A DNA stretch of 59,972 bases from a virus (lineage: Duplodnaviria; Caudoviricetes). The stretch lies in the IMG/VR virus record IMGVR_UViG_3300041402_000464, positions 1-59,972 of that record, one strand, 5' to 3'. The translations under genes were made by a program, and so were the position numbers. Of the stretch, positions 36,500 through 47,155 are shown piece after piece (within the stretch, counting starts at the first letter, position 1; every line of letters begins with the position of its first letter). Below the pieces are notes generated by a model. The model was not told the DNA's origin. It was given only the letters and a program-made list of their open reading frames with translations, and did not search any database.

Positions 36500-37066
36500 A
36501 TGAGTTTAGCAAGAGCAGCAGGATTCAATGATTATCTGGGATCAGGACTAGCCTTACCTAAAGGGGGAGCGAATCAACCATCACTATTGGAGTTTAGGAA
36601 TGGGCTTTATTTAACAGCTTTCACGGGGGTAGGCGGGTCAATAGAAGAAAGTTGGACAAGTTTTCATATCTTGCATGATTATACTCCTGGGAAAAAAGCA
36701 TTCCCCCACGTTCATTGGAGCCACAACAATGCGTCACCTTCCGGGGATGTAGTTTGGAAAATAGATTATTCTGTATCTAAAGGGCATAGCGGCGGGGTAT
36801 TCCCAGCACCTACTACAATCAGTCTGCAACAAACCGCAGAAGCTCAATATACTCATCATATCATAGAAACTTCCGATGGTAACGCCATACCAGCAACAGA
36901 ACTTGAGCCTGATACAGTAGTGATAATAAGGATATATAGGGATCCCACAGATGGAAATGATGATTTTGAAGATAATGCTTTTCTTCTGAATGTTGATTTG
37001 CATTATGAGAGTGATGGTATGCTAACAAATGAAAAAGTTAGACCATTTACAAAGCGGAGATTTTAA
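36500..37066 (+). CDS. Structural/hypothetical protein
   Basis: FHILHDY...FPHVHW...DLHYE domain common near phage fibres. Confidence 0.65.
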   Translation: MSLARAAGFNDYLGSGLALPKGGANQPSLLEFRNGLYLTAFTGVGGSIEESWTSFHILHDYTPGKKAFPHVHWSHNNASPSGDVVWKIDYSVSKGHSGGVFPAPTTISLQQTAEAQYTHHIIETSDGNAIPATELEPDTVVIIRIYRDPTDGNDDFEDNAFLLNVDLHYESDGMLTNEKVRPFTKRRF

Positions 37067-37102
37067 GGTGCCTAGAAACGGAAGAAGTTAGAGGGGCTAC
37101 AG

Positions 37103-38941
37103 ATGGAAAAATTAGTAAAATACGGAGAGGAATTTGTTTTCTATATCTCCCTAAAGACAGCCGGTTCTGACGCATATCAGGTTAATCCTACTCTTGCGGC
37201 AGGCGATGTCAAGGTGACTCAGGATGGAGTTGACTTTGGTAATATAGATACTCTTCCGGTAGTAGCCCCAGCAGGAGGAACGCAGGTAAAGGTAACTGTC
37301 TCTGTAGCGGAATTGACCGGTAAACAGATCCAGATTCAATTCATCGATGCGGCTGGGGCTGAGTGGAAGGCAGGTACAATCAATATCTCAACCTATGCCC
37401 ACGCAGACGCGCAACATCCTTATAGGGGAGAAGGTATTTACGACCGAGTTATTACAAGTACTAATCACAATGTCACTAAATCAGCCGCTAAATTTCTCAG
37501 GAGTACTGAAGAGTATCAAGGGTATGAGGGTGGTTTTATTTATATTGATACAGTTAATGGTACGGCTGGCTCAGACCCATATACTAATGGTAAAATTGAC
37601 AAGAAAGTAAATAATTTGGCAGATGCCTTGAGTCTTGGCACAGCTCTAGGGATGAATGACTATCATGTATCGGCAGGGTCTTCTCTCACTTTTGTATCAG
37701 GGCAAGCCGGACGTTCATATATTGGTCACAATTGGTCACTAGATTTAAACGATCAAGCTATAGACGGTATCTATCTTCATGGACCAGCCGTTACTGGAGC
37801 AGCCACCGCCGTCTCAACACCGCCTAAGCTTGAAGATTGTAGCTTGAACGGGGTTACGTTGCCTCCCGGACATTATATTGCTTGCGGTTTTTCTTCCACC
37901 GTGTTAGCTGGAGCAGCAGGAGATTTTTTCTTTACGAATTGTGAATCCGATTTGGCAGGAGGCTACCCATGCTTTGACTTTAACGCATCCATCGGTGATG
38001 TTAATGCCCTGTTTAGAGAGTATCGGGGTGAGATAGAGTTTAAGAATATGGGTCAATTGGGCACAGATTTGGCCAGTGTTGACGGTAATGGTAGAGTTAA
38101 GATGAATGCTACCAGTATTGGAGGCATTATCTCGGTTCAGGGACATCAAGAACTTATAAATAGAGCAGCCTTTATTGCAGCTGGTGGAATTGTTAATGAT
38201 GCCTCAAGGTTTGCAACTGACCAATTGGCAGATGTCGGTACTATTCTTACTCTTGTTGAAGCCATTGATACTTCAACTGAACTAGCAGCAAAATTTGACG
38301 AGATTAAAGGGGCTGGCTGGACAGATGAGACTCTAAGGAGTATCAGGACCTCAATAGGATCAATAGGCGGCATCCAGGGCGCAAATGCTATTACCATTCA
38401 AATATATGAGACCGACACGACGACTCCGATAGTAGATGACACAATTGCCATATGGAATAGCGATCAATCACTTATGTTAGGTACGGCCAAAACAGATTCA
38501 AACGGACAAATTAGTATAGGGCTTGATGATGGTACATACAAGATTGTATCGCAGAAAGCAGGTATTGAATTTGATGTTCCTGAAACAATGGTTGTAACTG
38601 TTCCGGCTACTTTTACTTATTATGGAACGCCTGAGACTTATCCTGTTCCATCTAACCCTGATGCCTGTAATGTTATCTGCGATCTTAAAGATTTTGGATT
38701 AGACCCGAAGGCTGGTGTTACCTTTATCGCAAGACTGACAACTACACCTCAAGCCGTCAGTGGGGCTATTTTAAATGCGGAAGCATGGTCAAGAGATACT
38801 GATGCGGAAGGCCGGGCAATTCTTACCTTGCCACAGGGCGTTAAATTTACTATATTTTCAACAGCACTTGGGGGAGACAGTAAGACCATCCGTATTGACA
38901 CGGCGGCTCTCTCTTCGCTAATATTGGCAGATCAAGTGTAA
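37103..38941 (+). CDS. Multi-domain structural (fibre/spike-like) protein
   Basis: 612 aa, Gly/Thr beta-rich; C-terminal TDSNGQ...LDDGTY. Confidence 0.65.
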   Translation: MEKLVKYGEEFVFYISLKTAGSDAYQVNPTLAAGDVKVTQDGVDFGNIDTLPVVAPAGGTQVKVTVSVAELTGKQIQIQFIDAAGAEWKAGTINISTYAHADAQHPYRGEGIYDRVITSTNHNVTKSAAKFLRSTEEYQGYEGGFIYIDTVNGTAGSDPYTNGKIDKKVNNLADALSLGTALGMNDYHVSAGSSLTFVSGQAGRSYIGHNWSLDLNDQAIDGIYLHGPAVTGAATAVSTPPKLEDCSLNGVTLPPGHYIACGFSSTVLAGAAGDFFFTNCESDLAGGYPCFDFNASIGDVNALFREYRGEIEFKNMGQLGTDLASVDGNGRVKMNATSIGGIISVQGHQELINRAAFIAAGGIVNDASRFATDQLADVGTILTLVEAIDTSTELAAKFDEIKGAGWTDETLRSIRTSIGSIGGIQGANAITIQIYETDTTTPIVDDTIAIWNSDQSLMLGTAKTDSNGQISIGLDDGTYKIVSQKAGIEFDVPETMVVTVPATFTYYGTPETYPVPSNPDACNVICDLKDFGLDPKAGVTFIARLTTTPQAVSGAILNAEAWSRDTDAEGRAILTLPQGVKFTIFSTALGGDSKTIRIDTAALSSLILADQV

Positions 38942-38966
38942 AAACACTAAACGGGAGGGTAGTAAA

Positions 38967-39305
38967 ATGACAGATAGATATCTTAAGAAAGACGGGACAA
39001 GGGAGGTTCTTATATTCACAGAGCTTCTTAATAAAAGGCCTGATATGATTGAAATATCAGAGAAGGAAGCAAAGGCGCTTATGTCCGGTAAGGTTGAAGA
39101 GCCGGAAGATAATGATATATCCGTGGCGGCAAGGATGACTCTCATAAAAGAGGCAATAGGTGAACTTGACCCTATAGATGGCTGGACCAAAGGCGGCAAG
39201 GATAATGAAGGTAGTGTTCCAAACTGCATAGCATTGTCAGCGGCTTTAGGTTTTGACGTAAAGGCCAAAGAAAGGGATATTGTTCTTGCTGAAATGGAAG
39301 GGTAA
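38967..39305 (+). CDS. Hypothetical virion-module protein
   Basis: GGAGG RBS; before adaptor gene. Confidence 0.6.
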   Translation: MTDRYLKKDGTREVLIFTELLNKRPDMIEISEKEAKALMSGKVEEPEDNDISVAARMTLIKEAIGELDPIDGWTKGGKDNEGSVPNCIALSAALGFDVKAKERDIVLAEMEG

Positions 39306-39308
39306 AAA

Positions 39309-40010
39309 ATGGATCTCCTTGGAATCAGAACTGATGTAAGGGGCGAACTTGATGATGCTGTTGGGGCTACTGAGTCCCAGCAGCTTTGGAAAGATTCGGA
39401 ACTTAACGGCTATACCAATGAAGCTGTAGATGTCTTTTGTCGAGAGATCCCCCTTATCATCGATTCATCCACAGCGGCAGATGATGATTCTATTGCTCTT
39501 TGTCAGATAACTACTGAGGATGGAACTCAGGATTACGCCCTGAGCCCCAAGGTGGTGGCTATAAGGAGAGCAAAGGTAAGTGGTGAGCTAAGACCCTTGG
39601 TTGAGGCCGAGATGGACCTTCTGGACAAGAATGATTCGTATTGGGACGATGTTTCAGAGAAATACAGGCAGACGCCGCTATATTATCTTCTTGGCAGGGA
39701 GACAGACAAACTCACCCTGATTAGATGTCCTGATGATATCTACACAGTAAATTTGACGGTTCAAAGGTTGCCGCTTGTCGATCTCGCTGCGGATGGCGAT
39801 GTGCCAGAAATAAGCAGCGCATACCACAGGTTGTTATTTTCGTACATTAAATATAAAGCATATATGAAACGCGATGTCGAAACTTTCTCAGAAAGAAAGG
39901 CAGGCGCAGAGTATAAACAGCATTTGATTGATCTCGAAAAAGCAAGGGTTGACGTTATGCGAAAGATTACAAGCAGGCGGGTAGTAGGTATAGGAGCAGC
40001 GTTCAGATAA
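39309..40010 (+). CDS. Head-tail adaptor protein
   Basis: LWKDSELNGYTNEA, PEISSAYHRLL...KAYMKRDVETF. Confidence 0.75.
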   Translation: MDLLGIRTDVRGELDDAVGATESQQLWKDSELNGYTNEAVDVFCREIPLIIDSSTAADDDSIALCQITTEDGTQDYALSPKVVAIRRAKVSGELRPLVEAEMDLLDKNDSYWDDVSEKYRQTPLYYLLGRETDKLTLIRCPDDIYTVNLTVQRLPLVDLAADGDVPEISSAYHRLLFSYIKYKAYMKRDVETFSERKAGAEYKQHLIDLEKARVDVMRKITSRRVVGIGAAFR

Positions 40011-40924
40011 TGGCCCTCTCCCCTACCCTACGATTTAGACAATTCAAAGGCATTAATAATGTCGATGATCCTGTACGCCTGCATGAAGGTAATAAGGTTT
40101 CCGGTTTGACTTCTTTGGTCGAGGCAGAGAATGTTGATATTGATTCCAGGAGGATGCTATCAAGGCGTGATGGTATGTTGGCGCCACGATATGTAGGGGT
40201 TGTTCATTCTATATGGTCCAATGAGAATGAAGATATTTGTTTCTTTGTCGAAGGCACGGAGCTTAAACAGCTTTTTAGTGATGACACGACAGCGGTTGTA
40301 AAGACAGGGCTTACTCCGGAACTTGAAATGTCTTATGTTGAGGTCAATAATATTGTTGTTATTACAAACAATCAGTTTATTGGATATATCCAGGACGGTG
40401 CGTATAAAGATTTTATTGATCCCGATGGCAGGGGGAAGATAAGGCCCATACCGGGACATCTTATAGAAACATTCCAAAATAAAATATTGGTTGCAGTAGG
40501 TAGTGCGATTTACTTCTCCGATTCTATGATGTTGCACAACTTTGATCGTAGGAAAAATTACCATCAATTCCATGGCGTCATCTCTATGATAAAGGCTGTG
40601 AAAGATGGTGTTTATATATCAGATAGCAAGGATACGTATTTCCTTGCTGGTGGTGATTTCCAAAAGGCAAGGGCAGACAAAGTTGCTGACTATATGTCTT
40701 TCAATGATGGTGCGATAAGGCTTGAAGGGGAAGAATTGGGGCTTGAGGGGTATTCAGGCAAGGTGATCATGTGGGCATCTGAAAAAGGTATCTGTGTGGG
40801 GGCCGACGGGGGGCGCTTTGCCAACATAACTAAACTCGTATATTCACCCGGTTCTACTTGGAATAGAGGGGCCGGGCTTTTCAGGAAAGATAAAAAACAA
40901 TACATCGTATCTTTACACAATTAA
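40010..40924 (+). CDS. Tail tubular/nozzle-like protein
   Basis: FKGINNV...AENVDID...LSRRDG; podovirus gene order. Confidence 0.7.
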   Translation: MALSPTLRFRQFKGINNVDDPVRLHEGNKVSGLTSLVEAENVDIDSRRMLSRRDGMLAPRYVGVVHSIWSNENEDICFFVEGTELKQLFSDDTTAVVKTGLTPELEMSYVEVNNIVVITNNQFIGYIQDGAYKDFIDPDGRGKIRPIPGHLIETFQNKILVAVGSAIYFSDSMMLHNFDRRKNYHQFHGVISMIKAVKDGVYISDSKDTYFLAGGDFQKARADKVADYMSFNDGAIRLEGEELGLEGYSGKVIMWASEKGICVGADGGRFANITKLVYSPGSTWNRGAGLFRKDKKQYIVSLHN

Positions 40925-40939
40925 TAGGAGGAAAAGGAT

Positions 40940-41695
40940 ATGCCTTTAAGATACAGTAGTGGAGCAGTAGATTTTTTTCAGGAAAACGGAGGTCAAAAAG
41001 AGGCTTTTCACGATGGAATAATCGATATATATTCAGGGTCGCAGCCTGCGTCGGCAGATGCCGCGAAGACGGGTACGCACCTAGCAAGGATTACTCTTGC
41101 TGGTGGAGCTTTTACAGCAGGGGTTAAATCAACCAGAAGGATGGATAAGGCCACGATCACTTATGATCAAGATGGTGATGCCTATGCTCTCGTCATAAAT
41201 GGAACATCTTACAGCTATACTTCCGAGATTGGGAATGATGCCGATGACGTAGCCTTGGCGCTTGCCGCGCTTGTAGATGCAAGTCCTGTAGTGTCGGCCA
41301 CGGCCATAGCCAACGTGATTACCGTAAGGGCGCTTTATGGCGGGGTAGATTACACGATAGCCAACACCGGCACAACTACCGGTGGCAACAACGTGGTAGC
41401 CTCTGTCATAGCCAATGCCAGAATAAACGGCCTACAATGGGGGGATTCGGTCCTTGGTGTCCTTTCCAAAGAGTCCGGGGTGTGGGAAGGGGTTAATCTT
41501 GCCTCTGGGACAGCAGGTTATTTCAGGTTTAAGGCCAATGCCGTAGATGATGATTCGGAAAGTACGTCTCTTGTCAGGCTTGATGGTAATATATCGACAA
41601 GCAATGCGCCGCTTATTATATCCGGGGGCATAAATTTAATAAAAGACGCCATAACAACAGTTCAAGCTGGTACTGGTACAAGGCCAAAGAGCTAA
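40940..41695 (+). CDS. Tail structural protein
   Basis: IDIYSGSQPASADAAKTGT...GTAGYFRF...RLDG. Confidence 0.65.
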   Translation: MPLRYSSGAVDFFQENGGQKEAFHDGIIDIYSGSQPASADAAKTGTHLARITLAGGAFTAGVKSTRRMDKATITYDQDGDAYALVINGTSYSYTSEIGNDADDVALALAALVDASPVVSATAIANVITVRALYGGVDYTIANTGTTTGGNNVVASVIANARINGLQWGDSVLGVLSKESGVWEGVNLASGTAGYFRFKANAVDDDSESTSLVRLDGNISTSNAPLIISGGINLIKDAITTVQAGTGTRPKS

Positions 41696-41698
41696 TAG

Positions 41699-43717
41699 GT
41701 GGCAAAGACTAATCTTTATGGTGACACCGCCATGGCAGGTCTATGGATAGGGTATGCACAGAAGAAGCTTAAAAGACTTAAGGCTTTTATGGCAATGGCT
41801 GACATACCTCTTAAGAGCAGGCGATTTCAGCTTGACGGTGTTACCATATTGGTTAAGTCAAAATTCGGAAGTGATGAAATAAATATCTGGGCAGAAGCGT
41901 TAGGCGGGATCTTCTTCATATGTCATGTAGGAGAAGATACCGGGGCCAATGGATATACTAAAAATGTCTATAAGCTAAAGGGGGATGGATTGGTTGAATT
42001 AGCATCTTCGATTACATCAAAGGCGTTTTCGGTGGCCGGACTTAATCTTATCGATGATGGAAAGTATTTTCTTGATTATGACCTCAACACCTATGACGAT
42101 CCCGACGATTATGATTACAATTTCAACCCTACTGGCCTTGTTGCAGAGGACGGCAGCGGCACGGCGATATCTAAAATATCCGGAAAAAATGGGCGCTTTG
42201 CTCTCAATCAATCTTTCGAGGAAGAGTTTTTCCGTGCTTACGTCAATGATGTAGATGGCACAGACCGGTCTTACCTAGTTCTTGATGACTCTCTTACATT
42301 CAGGCCTTATAAAATCAAAGGCAACCCGGTATTCAATCGATATACCGATGACTCCATTACTTATCTTCATTCGCGAACCAAACATGATCCGTCGAGCCTG
42401 GTTCTAAGGAACGATATGTATAACGCTGGTATCGCTGATGGTTTCGGTGATAGTCTTTTGGTTATCAACAAGCTCTATGATAAAAAACTTGCCTTGGATG
42501 ATGACGATAATGAGGTGAAGACTGAAAAGACGATAAATGATGATGCCAACGGTGCGGCCCTTTACGGGGCAACTAGGTTCTATCTCAATAAACAAACAGA
42601 TCAGGATATAGGAAGAGTAAAGACTTTCGCTGGTGGTGCCAACTTCGCGGAGCCTGCAGTTAGAGAAGTCTATGGAGCAGGCGCCACGGAAGAAACTTTC
42701 CACCGGGCCGACGACCAGAGTACCAACACCTTCTTTATGAGAGGCAACACAGTTTATGGTTCAGATAAAGACCCTGGTGGACACATCAAGATGCCGCCAA
42801 ACTTCCCCCACTTGGCCAACGATATTAAGCTTCCTTACACTTTTACCGATGAAGGTTTGCTCACCTATGTACGGATGCAAAAGAACGACGCATACACAAC
42901 TTTAAATACTGGTCTCTATGTAGCTGGCCAGCTTATAGAAGAATCAGGGATAGAAGATGTGTTGGTGTTTGCCGATGGAACCGGTGGGGTAGCTGATAGC
43001 ACTACAGGCAGATGGATTGCCGAGAATAACGGCCCTATAGTGGTAAAGAAGACGGCTTATACTATTCTTCATGCTCATCACGATGAAAACTTTGACGCTG
43101 TGCTTTACAAGAAGACCGTATACAAGGCCGATTCAGACGAACTCTTACCGTACAGGCAGTTGAATATTTTAGGTGATCAGCTTGACCCGGTAATGGGCCA
43201 GATTAAGAAAACTCTCATTGAATCTGAATCAACCTACTATATAGTTGTAAACGGTGTTATAACACAACTCAAAGATTCTGACGATGTGGCATATAGCTAT
43301 ACATCTAAAGAGTATACCTTAACGGCACAGACGGTTGCAGACGGGGATGGTGGACATCCACAGATATTTATTTTTCAAGACTTACCGTGGGTTGATATTG
43401 ACAATGATGGAAATAGGCAAATAACAAGGATATTCACCACAGCTACCGATAAATCTCTTTTATTTGGCTTTGATGTGTGGGATGCTAAGAGCAAGCATGA
43501 CGTGGTATACAATGATTCAAACCCGGCCTATAAATATCTGTGGTCCGATTATGATACATCGTTTACGGCCTACCCTCCCCTTGTTGACCTTGAGGATATC
43601 GAGGAAAGGAAGTGGTTAATGTTTGATGTTGATGGAGAGTCAAGAGAGATCATTCCTCCAAAAGAAGACGGAATCGATTATAAACGAATTAACGGATTAT
43701 TAATGGTGAACGCATGA
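41699..43717 (+). CDS. Tail/structural protein
   Basis: 672-aa ORF in tail module. Confidence 0.6.
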   Translation: MAKTNLYGDTAMAGLWIGYAQKKLKRLKAFMAMADIPLKSRRFQLDGVTILVKSKFGSDEINIWAEALGGIFFICHVGEDTGANGYTKNVYKLKGDGLVELASSITSKAFSVAGLNLIDDGKYFLDYDLNTYDDPDDYDYNFNPTGLVAEDGSGTAISKISGKNGRFALNQSFEEEFFRAYVNDVDGTDRSYLVLDDSLTFRPYKIKGNPVFNRYTDDSITYLHSRTKHDPSSLVLRNDMYNAGIADGFGDSLLVINKLYDKKLALDDDDNEVKTEKTINDDANGAALYGATRFYLNKQTDQDIGRVKTFAGGANFAEPAVREVYGAGATEETFHRADDQSTNTFFMRGNTVYGSDKDPGGHIKMPPNFPHLANDIKLPYTFTDEGLLTYVRMQKNDAYTTLNTGLYVAGQLIEESGIEDVLVFADGTGGVADSTTGRWIAENNGPIVVKKTAYTILHAHHDENFDAVLYKKTVYKADSDELLPYRQLNILGDQLDPVMGQIKKTLIESESTYYIVVNGVITQLKDSDDVAYSYTSKEYTLTAQTVADGDGGHPQIFIFQDLPWVDIDNDGNRQITRIFTTATDKSLLFGFDVWDAKSKHDVVYNDSNPAYKYLWSDYDTSFTAYPPLVDLEDIEERKWLMFDVDGESREIIPPKEDGIDYKRINGLLMVNA

Positions 43718-44634
43718 CTTTAAATCCTTTTGGAACATTCGGGACCGGGTATGATGTAGGTTCATATGGCACGGCCTCACCATTTACTCCTAGACGTACT
43801 GGCAGCGGATCTAGAAGCCACTCTTCCGAGGCGAGTTTAGGGGGGGCTGGGGCTATGGGAGCTTCGGAAGGTGAGGGGGTCGGTGATCCTGATGGTGTAT
43901 GGGGGATGGCAACACCATCCGCAATTCCTCAGTTCTCATATAAATTAAAAGCCAGTAGACGAGTTGATTTTAAAAATGAATCTCTTAATGCCGTGCGTTA
44001 TTTATGGACATTTTATTTTAAACAAACTTCATTTGTTATAGCGGAAACATCTCAAGAGAATCCGGTTTATTTTTATCCTTTTGCCGGCGAGGGGATACAT
44101 ACTTACAATGTAAAGTTGAGGGCCTACAATGCTGATGGTGCTTATGAAGATATTACCATGCAAATTGAAGTTGAAGATCTAGCTCCGGATTGTGACTTCA
44201 CCTATATAGTGAGTGGAACATTGGTAAGATTTACCGATATATCTACTAATATTGATTCTGATTCTCCTTATTGGAGTTTTGGAGACTTTGAAAGTTCAAT
44301 AGAAAATAATCCACATCATACATATGATGGCAATGGCACATATACTGTAAAACTTGTCAAGGGCTCATTCAATAGAACTCAGTTTATCGTAATAGATGCC
44401 GAGGTATTATTATCATGTGATGCCGCTTCAGGCGCTACAGGGTATAAATGGGAGCGTTCCCCTGATGGAGTAGATAATTGGATTGAGTTTGCGGATACAG
44501 AAGATGAGAGCGTAGGAGTTACAGAGGCAATTCATGGGATAGATTCGACGGTAGTAAACTATTTTAGGGTGAAAGCTTATAATACTGGTGGTGATTCCGA
44601 TTATTCAAATATAGCAAATGTGAGGTGTAATTAA
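43714..44634 (+). CDS. PKD and FN3-like domain protein
   Basis: WSFGDFESSIENNPHHTYDGNGTYTVKL; YFRVKAYNTGGDSDYSN. Confidence 0.8.
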   Translation: MTLNPFGTFGTGYDVGSYGTASPFTPRRTGSGSRSHSSEASLGGAGAMGASEGEGVGDPDGVWGMATPSAIPQFSYKLKASRRVDFKNESLNAVRYLWTFYFKQTSFVIAETSQENPVYFYPFAGEGIHTYNVKLRAYNADGAYEDITMQIEVEDLAPDCDFTYIVSGTLVRFTDISTNIDSDSPYWSFGDFESSIENNPHHTYDGNGTYTVKLVKGSFNRTQFIVIDAEVLLSCDAASGATGYKWERSPDGVDNWIEFADTEDESVGVTEAIHGIDSTVVNYFRVKAYNTGGDSDYSNIANVRCN

Positions 44635-45506
44635 TGTCTTTAGTAATAGCTGATCCAATAACTTGCCCGGCTTCTGTAGATTACATGGAAGTATATGATA
44701 ATATTCTTTACGTTTTAGGGACTAATGGCACGATGTATACGTATAATACAACCAACAATACCTTAATAGACTCATGGACTTTCTGGGGGTCAATGTTTAT
44801 CATCTGCGATGGTTATATCTTTGGGGTGGATGGAAATTATATATGGCGATATGAACTAGACGGAACCTATCTGGACGAGAACAGATTATGGGCTTATTAT
44901 GATGGAGACCGTGTTGTAAGCTCAGGCTACACTAGTGTCCCTGGAGAAAACTATACTTTTACTTTTTTAAATATAAGTAGAGCCGGAACTGATTTAGTAG
45001 GGTGGAATAATTCTGCCTTACTAATATTTAACTACACAACTGGAGTAAAGGTATCCTCTTGGTATTCGAGTTCAAGCCCTCCTGCCAGGAATCAACGCAC
45101 AATTCAATTTGGAGCAACCGATAGTGATTTCTTGTTTCATAATTTTGATGGGGCAAATTTTGATAATATAACAGCTTTGCCCTCAGAACTTGAATTTACC
45201 GTGCCGGCTTGGTCGAATGAGTATATAGCTGCATCGGGTGATAAGATATATCATGTGGATGACACTAAAGTATTAATTAGATCCCTTAGTGGGACTTTAT
45301 TAGAGACTATTAATACAGCATATACCCTAAAGTTTTTAGGCGTAACTTCGGACAATTCGTCTTTATTTGCTGTAGATAGTGATAATCAAGATACTATTCT
45401 TTCTTTTCAGAATATTGAGCCACCTTCAAACCCTACTGGTTTAACAGCAACATGCACCAAAGAGTCTGTTCCACAAATACCGGGATTTACGATTACATTC
45501 GGATAA
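44634..45506 (+). CDS. Beta-propeller-like structural protein
   Basis: Beta-rich, lower GC; C-terminal PPSNPTGLTA. Confidence 0.55.
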   Translation: MSLVIADPITCPASVDYMEVYDNILYVLGTNGTMYTYNTTNNTLIDSWTFWGSMFIICDGYIFGVDGNYIWRYELDGTYLDENRLWAYYDGDRVVSSGYTSVPGENYTFTFLNISRAGTDLVGWNNSALLIFNYTTGVKVSSWYSSSSPPARNQRTIQFGATDSDFLFHNFDGANFDNITALPSELEFTVPAWSNEYIAASGDKIYHVDDTKVLIRSLSGTLLETINTAYTLKFLGVTSDNSSLFAVDSDNQDTILSFQNIEPPSNPTGLTATCTKESVPQIPGFTITFG

Positions 45507-45517
45507 GGAGATTGTAA

Positions 45518-46438
45518 GTGATAGCTAATTTCAATTCAGGACTAGGCAGCGGCTATACCTACCTTTGGGAATTTGGCGACGGTCAATCGTCTACTGATGA
45601 GCAGCCCATACACGATTATCTTTATGCAGGAACGTATGAGGTAAGGCTTACCGTTACAAATGATTTTGGTGATTATGTTTTTACGCAGCCTGTCACGATA
45701 GCCTCTGAGTTTAGTATCGACTTGCCAGTTGCTTCTTTTACTGCCGATGCTCAATCTGGGGCCTCTCCCTTGGCCGTTGTCTTTACCGATACCTCTACCG
45801 GAGATATATCTTCATGGGAATGGTATGTCAATGATGTGCTTGAGAGTTCCGTCCAGGCCTTTAGTCACACCTTTACCGATGATGGGACCTACACGGTTAA
45901 GTTGAAAATCAATGGCGCTGGTGAGGCTATAGCGACGATGGTTGTAATAGCTGGGAGCCTTGCAAGCCTCCCTCCGATAATCACAGAACTTGGTGCTACG
46001 AAAACATCATCCATTACCGGGGAATTAGCAACAACCTTCTCTGCTACAATTAACGGGGACGTAACCGGATATCTCTGGGAGTTCGGGGACGGATATACGT
46101 CAACCGATGATAACCCTGTCCATACATTCAGCAATATAGGCACATATACCGTATCTCTTACCGTGACCAACCTTAATGGACCTACGACCTCTACAATAGA
46201 TATTAGGGTAGTGGATGCCGGATCTTTTACAGGAATGAACCAAGATGCGTATATCAACGGCGTTAAAATAGGCTTTTATGTTGTTGACGCGGTAGACCAT
46301 ACGGTGAGAGTATACAAATCAGAGACAGAACCTATAACCAATTTCGGCTCCATAGGGAATGGAGATGGTCAATTTAACAATCCTACCTCTATTGCGATAG
46401 TGGGGGCCAATAAGCTCTTGGATAGAGTGGAATTATAA
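45518..46438 (+). CDS. Triple PKD-domain protein with NHL-like end
   Basis: YLWEFGDGQSS twice, FTDTSTGDISSWEW, FGSIGNGDGQFNNP. Confidence 0.85.
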   Translation: MIANFNSGLGSGYTYLWEFGDGQSSTDEQPIHDYLYAGTYEVRLTVTNDFGDYVFTQPVTIASEFSIDLPVASFTADAQSGASPLAVVFTDTSTGDISSWEWYVNDVLESSVQAFSHTFTDDGTYTVKLKINGAGEAIATMVVIAGSLASLPPIITELGATKTSSITGELATTFSATINGDVTGYLWEFGDGYTSTDDNPVHTFSNIGTYTVSLTVTNLNGPTTSTIDIRVVDAGSFTGMNQDAYINGVKIGFYVVDAVDHTVRVYKSETEPITNFGSIGNGDGQFNNPTSIAIVGANKLLDRVEL

Positions 46439-46453
46439 TAAACGGAGGATACC

Positions 46454-47155
46454 ATGGCGGTAACAGCAATCACCAGCGATAGATATAAGTATGCACTCGT
46501 AACAAAACTAATAGACTTAGAGAATGATTCAATAAAGATTCTCTTAATGAGAGATGGATTTATTTTTGATAAAGGAGATCATCGACTCCTTGTAAATATC
46601 AAGCTCAATGTTGTTATAGACGCGACTGGGAATACCATAACGGTAGCTGATGCAGGCAATACGTTTATCAGAACGTCCGGCAGTTTCTTGACTGATGGGT
46701 TTGTGGTAGGAGGTGAGGTAACGACAACCAACTTTACCAATGCGGCCAATAATGGAACGTTCCTTATTTCGGCTATTTCTGCCCTGGTAATGACAGTCAC
46801 GACTACAGCGGGTGGCGATCCGTCTTTGACAGACGAGACAAACACAACCGTCAATAACCTGACGTGGGATCTGGATGATGAACTAGCCACTGGCAACGGG
46901 TATACTCAGGATACCAAGGTGCTGGCTAGTCCGGTTGTGACAGAAGATAATGTAAATCATTACACAAACTGTACCTTTGATGATATAACATGGCTTGCAT
47001 CTGGTGGCATAATAGGTCCATCGCCCGGAGCAATCCTTTACGATGACACAACAACTGAAAACACTATAATAGGATACATCGACTTTGACGGTGATGAATC
47101 GAGGACTGCCGGGCTTGACCTTGATATTAAAAACATAGAGCTTAGGGAGATTTAA
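46454..47155 (+). CDS. Tail structural protein
   Basis: IDLENDSIKILL...ELATGNGYT...IIGYIDF. Confidence 0.7.
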   Translation: MAVTAITSDRYKYALVTKLIDLENDSIKILLMRDGFIFDKGDHRLLVNIKLNVVIDATGNTITVADAGNTFIRTSGSFLTDGFVVGGEVTTTNFTNAANNGTFLISAISALVMTVTTTAGGDPSLTDETNTTVNNLTWDLDDELATGNGYTQDTKVLASPVVTEDNVNHYTNCTFDDITWLASGGIIGPSPGAILYDDTTTENTIIGYIDFDGDESRTAGLDLDIKNIELREI